DNA from: an uncultured bacterium
GTDB lineage: Bacteria; Abyssobacteria; SURF-5
Assembly: GCA_964510165.1 (NCBI GenBank)
Contig: CAZEBC010000098.1
Location: 1-14,323, forward strand
DNA length: 14,323 bases
Direction: 5' to 3'
The translations under genes were made by a program, and so were the position numbers. The notes under the pieces are model-generated. The model searched no databases. It saw only the letters and a program-made list of their open reading frames with translations, and had not been told where the DNA came from. This document shows positions 8,553 to 14,323 of the stretch, one piece after another; position 1 is the stretch's first letter, and each line of letters opens with the position of its first letter.

Positions 8553-9190
8553 TGGTATACCTGCTGTTCGGCTCGCTGGCCGGTACGACTGCGTGGCGCG
8601 CCTGGAAATCTGACAGCCGCCTCATTCGGGCATTGTGGGGCTTTTGCGCCTCGCTCTCGTCGCTCATTGCGCTTTTGGCAGCGTGGCGCGGCATCGCCGA
8701 TTTCCCTGGACTGCTCTTCTATTTCTTTGCGCTGATCTGCGTCTTCGCCGCCCTAAGGGTGATCCTCCAGCCCAACCCGGTCCACTGCACCATCTGGTTG
8801 ATCACGGTATTCCTGTTCACGGCGACCCTGTTCATCCTGAAACAGGCCGAGTTCCTTGCGGCAGTGCAGGTGATCATCTACGCCGGCGGCATCATGGTGC
8901 TGTATGTGTTCATCATAATATTCGTTGAGCCTGGGACCATCGGCGAAGAACCCTCGCCCGCGTGGATGACTGCTGGCGCTTCTCTCGTCGGGCTTGCGAT
9001 TCTGACGGCGCTCATATGGGTGGCATCACGGCTCAAGGTGGAACCGGCCGCGGCGTTTCCCGGCTATCAGGTGAAGGAATTGGGCGAAACACTCTATTTC
9101 AACGCTGTAATCCCGTTCGAGGCGACGTCCTTGATCTTGCTCGTCGCGCTCATTGGGGCCGCCCTTATCGGAAAGGCGGAGAAGGACTGA
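8543..9190 (+). CDS. nuoJ: NADH-quinone oxidoreductase subunit J with N-terminal hydrophobic extension
   Basis: NPVHC, AEFLAAVQVIIYAGGIMVLYVF, PFEATSLILLVALIGA; ATG overlaps the end of nuoI by 10 bp. Confidence 0.93.
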   Translation: MALVVYLLFGSLAGTTAWRAWKSDSRLIRALWGFCASLSSLIALLAAWRGIADFPGLLFYFFALICVFAALRVILQPNPVHCTIWLITVFLFTATLFILKQAEFLAAVQVIIYAGGIMVLYVFIIIFVEPGTIGEEPSPAWMTAGASLVGLAILTALIWVASRLKVEPAAAFPGYQVKELGETLYFNAVIPFEATSLILLVALIGAALIGKAEKD

Positions 9191-9492
9191 TGACAACCCC
9201 ATCGAATTATATGATACTTGGTTCGATCCTCTTCGTCATTGGCTTCGTCGGGTTCAGCACCCGGCGCAACATAGTGGTCATGTTCATGTCGTCCGAACTG
9301 ATGCTGAACGCCGCCAATCTCAATTTCATCGGATATTCGTCGGCATGGGGAAACCCGACCGGCCAGATATTCGCCGTGTTCGTCATAGCCGTGGCGGCGG
9401 CCGAAGCGGCAATCGGATTGGCGATACTCATGCTGTTATTCAGAACCCGCGCCAGCGTAAGCGCAACCGACTGGAAGACGCTCAAGGGGTAA
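9190..9492 (+). CDS. nuoK: NADH-quinone oxidoreductase subunit K
   Basis: RRNIVVMFMSSELMLNAANLNF, GQIFAVFVIAVAAAEAAIGLA; TGATG overlap with nuoJ; 100 aa. Confidence 0.97.
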   Translation: MTTPSNYMILGSILFVIGFVGFSTRRNIVVMFMSSELMLNAANLNFIGYSSAWGNPTGQIFAVFVIAVAAAEAAIGLAILMLLFRTRASVSATDWKTLKG

Positions 9493-9508
9493 CGGACTGC
9501 TTCCGAAG

Positions 9509-9552
9509 CCCCTCACCCTGCCCTCTCCCACTGGGAGAGGGTTGGGGTGAGG
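9509..9552. repeat. REP-like palindromic repeat, copy 2
   Basis: CCCCTCACCCTGCCCTCTCCC-ACT-GGGAGAGGGTTGGGGTGAGG; same orientation as copy 1, differing only at 2 loop bases. Confidence 0.9.
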
Positions 9553-9617
9553 GAAAAACAGGACAGAAATCCGCGATTTTCGGGATCAGTAATATAGAGA
9601 CAGGAGAACCAATACCG

Positions 9618-11099
9618 TTGAACACTGACCTGAACCTGGTGGTTCCCGAAATATTCCTCTCCGTGACAGCGATGGGTGTCCTGATCCTGGAGACATTCCT
9701 GGCGGGCCGCGCGAAGCGCGTTTTCGCGCATCTTACAATCGCCGCGCTTCTCGTGACAGGAGTGTTTCTCGCGCGCTGCAACCTGACCGAGACAACGTTC
9801 GCGTATTCGCGCATGTTCGTGCAGGACGGGATTGCGGTGGTGTTCAAGATGCTGTTCATGCTGGCCGGCATTTTCGTCGTGCTGACGGCATACGATTTTC
9901 TGCTGTCTCGCAATGTGTTTCGCGGCGAATTCTTCGCGCTCTTGATGTTCTCCACGGTCGGCATGATGCTCGTGGCCTCCGCGTTCGATTTCCTGACCCT
10001 GTTCGTGGGGCTGGAGCTTGCGTCTCTCGCGACCTACATCCTCGTTGGTCTGACCAAGAAGGACCTCTGGTCCAATGAGGCCGCGATCAAGTACTTTCTG
10101 CTGAGCATATTCGCGTCGGCCATCCTCGTGTTCGGGATATCGGTAGTGTATGCCGCTGTGGGCACGACCAATTTCGGGGAGATCGCCGGAAAAATCGGAG
10201 AAGTGACGCGCAGGCAGCACACCACTGCGGTTGTGGCGCTCATCTTGCTGGTGGCCGGGTTCGGGTTCAAGATTACCGCTGTCCCCTTTCACATGTACGC
10301 TCCCGACGTGTATCAGGGCGCGCCCACGCCGGTCACCATCTTTCTCGCGATCGGGCCGAAGGCCGCCGCCTTCGCCGGCCTCGTCCGCGTCTTGGGATAC
10401 TTCGCGCACACGATGACCGACGACTGGCTGGCGCTCACGTGGGTGCTCGCGTTCATGACGATGACCGTGGGCAATGTGGCCGCCGTGTTGCAGACCAACG
10501 TGAAACGGATGCTGGCATACTCGAGCATCGCGCACGCGGGCTACGCGCTCATCGGGGTCGCCGCAATGGCAAGGGAGAATGGTGCGGGCGCGTTGCCGGG
10601 CAGCGTATCGAGCGTGATCTTCTACCTGTTCGCGTATACGCTCATGAACGTGGGCGCGTTCAGCCTGTTGATATACATGAAGCGCGGGAGCGATTATGGC
10701 GAGGAATTGTCCGATTTTTCGGGACTCTGGCGGCGCAGACCGGCGGCGGCGGTCGCGATGTTGGTGTGTCTCCTGTCGCTCACCGGCATTCCGCCGTCCA
10801 TCGGCTTCCTGGGCAAACTGTACATTTTTGGCGCCGCCATCAAGGCCGAACTCTATGGTCTCGCGGTCATCGGAGTATTGAACTCCGTCGTTTCGCTCTT
10901 CTATTATCTCCGCGTCGTCGTGCACATGTTCGTGTATTCTCAGCAGCGCGAGGTCACCGATGTGCGCTCGTTTTCGCTCGACCTCGCTCTCGCGGCGAGC
11001 GCCCTGGCGATCGTGTTGCTGGGAATCTTCCCGCATGTCATCCTGTCCGCAATCGAGCGGTCTGCCGCCAGCTTCCTGACGGGAGGGATCATCCAATGA
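9618..11099 (+). CDS. nuoN: NADH-quinone oxidoreductase subunit N
   Basis: VPEIFL, GEFFAL, FVGLELASL, EAAIKYF, FKITAVPFHMYAPDVYQGAP, KRMLAYSSIAHAGY, GFLGK; probable TTG start at 9618 after AGGAGA (9602-9607); 493 aa. Confidence 0.95.
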   Translation: MNTDLNLVVPEIFLSVTAMGVLILETFLAGRAKRVFAHLTIAALLVTGVFLARCNLTETTFAYSRMFVQDGIAVVFKMLFMLAGIFVVLTAYDFLLSRNVFRGEFFALLMFSTVGMMLVASAFDFLTLFVGLELASLATYILVGLTKKDLWSNEAAIKYFLLSIFASAILVFGISVVYAAVGTTNFGEIAGKIGEVTRRQHTTAVVALILLVAGFGFKITAVPFHMYAPDVYQGAPTPVTIFLAIGPKAAAFAGLVRVLGYFAHTMTDDWLALTWVLAFMTMTVGNVAAVLQTNVKRMLAYSSIAHAGYALIGVAAMARENGAGALPGSVSSVIFYLFAYTLMNVGAFSLLIYMKRGSDYGEELSDFSGLWRRRPAAAVAMLVCLLSLTGIPPSIGFLGKLYIFGAAIKAELYGLAVIGVLNSVVSLFYYLRVVVHMFVYSQQREVTDVRSFSLDLALAASALAIVLLGIFPHVILSAIERSAASFLTGGIIQ

Positions 11100-11833
11100 A
11101 ATGTTCACAATGCGGAACCGAAAACAAGGAAGGCCAGAAATACTGCGGTCACTGTGGAAACTCGCTCGGCGAAGTGAAGGCAAGCGACCTGTTCGAGGCC
11201 GCCTTCAAGAGCGAGGCGCGCGGCGACCTCAAGGAGGCGCTGACCATTTACGGCCAGTTGCTCGATATGAGGCCGAAAAGCCAGGAAATCCTTTTCAAGA
11301 TGGGGACGGTCGCATACGACCTCGGGCGCGTCACGGAGGCGATGGAGAAATTCAGCAAGGTCATTGAATACAACCCCAAGTTCGTCTACGCTCATTATCG
11401 GCTCGGGCTGTGTCAGTATCAGAGATGCATGATCGAGGAGGCCGTCGAGTCCTACAAGGCCGCGCTCGCCATCACGCCCGAATTCGTGCCGGCGCTCCTC
11501 CAGCTCGGCCTCGCTCAATATCACATCGGCCGGCTCGACAAGGCCAGGGAAGCCCTCCTGAAGGTGACTCAGATCGAGCCTGCCTGCACAATCGCACACT
11601 ATTATCTCGGGCTGGTCTATGAACGGATGCGCCGCATTGATGATGCTGTCGCGCAATTCACCCACGTCGCAAAGGAAAACCCCAGAGACCCGTCAACTCA
11701 TTACCACCTGGGAATCCTTTATAAGAGGAAATTCATGCGAGATGCCGCCATCGGCGAATTGATGCGCGCTCACCAACTCGACCCCGACGATGAGGCCACC
11801 ATCGAGGAACTGAGTTCGCTCCAGCAGAAATGA
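11096..11833 (+). CDS. Zinc-ribbon plus tetratricopeptide repeat protein
   Basis: Start moved to ATG 11096 (ATGA overlap with nuoN stop); MKCSQCG...YCGHCG then about six 34-aa TPR units (e.g. AHYRLGLCQY, AHYYLGLVY, THYHLGILY); 245 aa. Confidence 0.88.
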   Translation: MKCSQCGTENKEGQKYCGHCGNSLGEVKASDLFEAAFKSEARGDLKEALTIYGQLLDMRPKSQEILFKMGTVAYDLGRVTEAMEKFSKVIEYNPKFVYAHYRLGLCQYQRCMIEEAVESYKAALAITPEFVPALLQLGLAQYHIGRLDKAREALLKVTQIEPACTIAHYYLGLVYERMRRIDDAVAQFTHVAKENPRDPSTHYHLGILYKRKFMRDAAIGELMRAHQLDPDDEATIEELSSLQQK

Positions 11834-11842
11834 CCGTAACAT

Positions 11843-12886
11843 ATGCCGCGTAAACCGAAACAGCCCGACCCGTGGGGGCCTTCGTGGCTCAAGGACGAGA
11901 AATTCTCGCCAATGGACCTATTTACCAGGTCGCTCGTGCTCATGGTCGCAAATGAGCTCGGAGTGTTCCGGCGCCTCGTCGGCGGCCCGCTTCCGCTCCG
12001 CGAAATCGCGAGGCGACTGAAGACCGACCTCAAAGGAATCAGAATCCTTCTCGATTCGCTCGTCGTCCTCGGGTACCTCGAAAAAGCCGGTTGCGATTAC
12101 TCCAATTCTCCCGATACCGCGCGCTTTCTCACCAGCGCATCGCCGGAGTTCGTCGGAACCAGGCTCAGCCATTCATATGAGGGTCTCGTCCGCTGGCTTC
12201 GACTCGAAGACCTCGTGCGCAAAGGACAGAAATACAAGCACAGACTGCCGGAGTTCCAACGCGACGAGGCCGAAGAGCGGCGCCGCTCGAAAACGTTTGC
12301 GCTCGGGCTCGCGCAGTCAAGCCGGGAGACCGCTGAAAAGGTCGCCAATATGCTTGACCTGAGGAATGTGGACACGCTGCTTGACCTCGGAGGCGGCGCG
12401 GGAACGTACTCAATGGCGTTCGCGCGAAAATGGCCGAATCTCAGGCCCGTCGTCTTCGAACTGCCGGTCCCCGCCCAGGTTGCCCGTCAAGAAATCAAGA
12501 AGGAAGGCTTGGCCGACCGCCTCTCCGTCGTGACGGGCGATTTCCTGAAGGATGATCTGGGTGGTGACAGATACGACGCCGTGTTCATGTCGAACATCAT
12601 TCATATCTACAACCCTGAGACCAACCGAAGAATCCTCCGAAAAGTTCATCGCGCCTTGCGAAGCGGCGGCAGGATATTCGTGAAGGACCTTCTGGTGAAT
12701 GAGGACCGCCAAGGGCCTTTCTACCCCGTCATGTTCGCGCTCACGATGCTGATGTTCACGGACGACGGCGACACATACTCCCTCCCTGAACTCGAGGCCT
12801 GGCTCACGGATTGCGGCTTCTCGCGCATCACGCATCGAGTAGTCATACCGCATGAGTCATCGCTGGTGATCGGCCACAAAGCATAG
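11843..12886 (+). CDS. SAM-dependent methyltransferase, O-methyltransferase family 2 (CrtF/BchU/ASMT-like) with N-terminal winged-helix dimerisation domain
   Basis: ELGVF...EIARRL...LLDSLVVLGYL...YSNS N-domain; LLDLGGGAG motif I; GDFL; YDAVFMSNIIH; LRSGGRI. Confidence 0.9.
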   Translation: MPRKPKQPDPWGPSWLKDEKFSPMDLFTRSLVLMVANELGVFRRLVGGPLPLREIARRLKTDLKGIRILLDSLVVLGYLEKAGCDYSNSPDTARFLTSASPEFVGTRLSHSYEGLVRWLRLEDLVRKGQKYKHRLPEFQRDEAEERRRSKTFALGLAQSSRETAEKVANMLDLRNVDTLLDLGGGAGTYSMAFARKWPNLRPVVFELPVPAQVARQEIKKEGLADRLSVVTGDFLKDDLGGDRYDAVFMSNIIHIYNPETNRRILRKVHRALRSGGRIFVKDLLVNEDRQGPFYPVMFALTMLMFTDDGDTYSLPELEAWLTDCGFSRITHRVVIPHESSLVIGHKA

Positions 12887-13029
12887 CTTCGCCGCCTTGC
12901 CCGCCCGGATTCCCGTCCCTTTGCCCCCACGTAATGGCGAACACCACCCCTTCTTGCCATAGTTATAAAAAGACCATAAAGAGAATGCGAAATCTCATTC
13001 CCTTTAACGAGACAAAGGGGGAAGACGAG

Positions 13030-13437
13030 ATGATCCCGAAAAAATATCTCTTCTTATCGCTATGCGCGGCGCTGATCCTCTTCCTGGCCACGCGCGGAGG
13101 CCAGAAGCCAAGCGTGGGCCACGTCGTGGCGCCGTACACAGAGAGAGAGTTGCTTGAATTCCAGCGGCAGATGATTGCAGATGTCAAGTCGCAACTGGAG
13201 GCAGACCGTCAGCAAGTGGCCGCGACGACGGAGCCATCCGCAAAGCAGAAGGCTAGCGTGGGCGACATCCTGGCGCCCTACACAAAGAGGGAGTTGCGTG
13301 AGTTCCAGCAGCAGATGGCCGAAGATGTCAAGTGGCAACTCGAGGCAGACCAGCGACGATTGGCCGCGATGGCAGAGTCATCCACACACGCAACCGAATC
13401 TGAACCGGGTGTGGCCGCGCAGAGAGAAGAACTTTAG
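13030..13437 (+). CDS. Hypothetical exported or membrane-anchored protein with internal tandem duplication
   Basis: ATG 13030 after AAGGGGG; MIPKKYLFLSLCAALILFLA signal/anchor; two in-frame 48-aa repeats. Confidence 0.7.
   Translation: MIPKKYLFLSLCAALILFLATRGGQKPSVGHVVAPYTERELLEFQRQMIADVKSQLEADRQQVAATTEPSAKQKASVGDILAPYTKRELREFQQQMAEDVKWQLEADQRRLAAMAESSTHATESEPGVAAQREEL
13102..13389 (+). repeat. Two diverged in-frame 144-bp tandem repeats
   Basis: Unit 1 13102-13245 (QKPSVGHVVAPYTERELLEFQRQM...), unit 2 13246-13389 (QKASVGDILAPYTKRELREFQQQM...). Confidence 0.9.
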
Positions 13438-13462
13438 GAACGCTCTCCGAAGACAGAGTTCT

Positions 13463-13486
13463 CGGGGCACGGTTCGCCGTGCCCCG
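13463..13486. terminator. Perfect hairpin between convergent genes (possible bidirectional terminator or REP)
   Basis: CGGGGCACGG-TTCG-CCGTGCCCCG, 10-bp stem; no strong U-tract on either strand. Confidence 0.55.
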
Positions 13487-13517
13487 CGCAATTTCCACCG
13501 GTTGACGCTCCGTTTTC

Positions 13518-14144
13518 CTACTTCAGCGGAGCGGTCATGATATAGTCGTTGTCTTTCTTCGTGCCGTGGCAGGCGATGCATGCCTCGACTTTACCTTCTG
13601 CCTCAACCGTGCCGTCCGGCAAATATTTCAGCCAGAACCAGTCCCCTGCGTCGGGGTTGTAGCCCTCCACCCTGTACATGATTGTGAGGGCCATCAGGTT
13701 CTTGTCCGGACCATAATTTTCCTTGACGATGAGCGAGCCGGCCGGAAGCTTTCCCTGTTTGCCCTCGATGGCCGCCAAGGCGGCGTCGTTCACGTAGGTG
13801 GTCAGCAAAACGCCGTGTGGCTCGGTTCCCTGATAGAGCGCTTCCTTTCCCGGCCACATCTTCCAGGTCTGCTGATAGTTGGCCTGCGTCAGAAACTCCT
13901 GCAATGCGGCGCCAGAAGCTTCGGGCGCTGCAGCCGCGGGAGCTTCCATCGGAGCCTGCTCCATGGGCGGTTGCTCAGCTCCCGTGGGCGCTGGCTCAGC
14001 CGGAGTTGGCTCAACCGGGGCTGTCGTCGGTTCGGCTGGCTGCGGTGGCGCGGGCTGCTCCTCCCGTTGCCCGCACGCGGGCAGAAAAACGATCCCGACA
14101 ATCAAGACCAGTACGAACATGCCCAGCAGTGGTGTCCTCTTCAT
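13518..14144 (-). CDS. Cytochrome P460-family lipoprotein
   Basis: Signal peptide with lipobox LPAC; Pro/Ala/Glu linker; TYVN...LPAGSLIVKEN...GDWFW...CIACH...DYIM, with a single near-C-terminal CxxCH (13566-13580); RBS GGAAGGAG. Confidence 0.88.
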   Translation of the reverse strand: MKRTPLLGMFVLVLIVGIVFLPACGQREEQPAPPQPAEPTTAPVEPTPAEPAPTGAEQPPMEQAPMEAPAAAAPEASGAALQEFLTQANYQQTWKMWPGKEALYQGTEPHGVLLTTYVNDAALAAIEGKQGKLPAGSLIVKENYGPDKNLMALTIMYRVEGYNPDAGDWFWLKYLPDGTVEAEGKVEACIACHGTKKDNDYIMTAPLK

Positions 14145-14204
14145 CTGTCGCTCTCCTTCCTGATAGCCTTTCCGTTGCCAAGAAACTCCATTGCACTTGT
14201 TGCT

Positions 14205-14228
14205 AAGGACGGTTCGCGAGCCGCCCTT
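14205..14228. repeat. Degenerate REP-like palindrome upstream of the cytochrome gene
   Basis: AAGGACGGTTCG/CGAGCCGCCCTT inverted repeat with one mismatch and one G-T pair. Confidence 0.4.
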
Positions 14229-14262
14229 GCAGGATCACCATACTACACTTGTTCAAAAACCA

Positions 14263-14271
14263 ATTATAACA
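14263..14271 (-). promoter_or_regulatory. Putative extended -10 promoter of the cytochrome P460 gene
   Basis: TGTTATAAT on the minus strand within an AT-rich stretch about 120 nt upstream of ATG 14144. Confidence 0.5.
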
Positions 14272-14323
14272 ATAGAATTAGTGAAGCGCTATTGTAATTT
14301 GTCTCGCTCCGACCCGTCCGACA

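Noticed and set aside
9153-9617. 155-aa N-terminal extension of NuoN, considered as a nuoL/M remnant
   Set aside because: Alternative frame of nuoK plus the translated repeat (PSPCPLPLGEG); hydrophilic with no antiporter similarity; a good RBS precedes TTG 9618
10439-11095. Long N-terminus of the TPR ORF
   Set aside because: Arg-rich off-frame reading of nuoN; the ATGA overlap at 11096 marks the likely start
9513-11183. 556-aa minus-strand ORF
   Set aside because: Antisense shadow of nuoN caused by GC-rich codon bias; no recognisable motifs
14165-14181. Sigma54-like GG-N10-GC on the minus strand (TTGGCAACGGAAAGGCT)
   Set aside because: The -12 element lacks TTGC and the implied start site would fall within the RBS
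13566-14297. 243-aa plus-strand ORF
   Set aside because: Antisense to the cytochrome P460 gene, which has the lipobox, heme motif and RBS

Overview
GC-rich bacterial window dominated by a respiratory complex I (NADH:quinone oxidoreductase, nuo) operon in an unusual form. The order is nuoB-C-D-E-A-F-G-H-I-J-K-N: nuoA sits between nuoE and nuoF, and nuoL and nuoM are absent, leaving NuoN as the only antiporter-like subunit. NuoG is short (527 aa) and NuoJ has an extra ~56-aa hydrophobic N-terminus. Two near-identical 44-bp palindromes lie at the nuoA/nuoF and nuoK/nuoN junctions. A Nudix hydrolase gene precedes the operon. It is followed by a Zn-ribbon/TPR protein overlapping the nuoN stop, a class I SAM methyltransferase, a small exported or anchored protein with a 48-aa tandem duplication, and a convergent cytochrome P460-family lipoprotein. 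The best candidate for a novel system is a minimal complex I without NuoL/M, in which the extended NuoJ may replace the terminal helix of NuoL. This window cannot exclude nuoL/M being supplied from another locus. All family assignments are from motif recognition by eye, not database searches.
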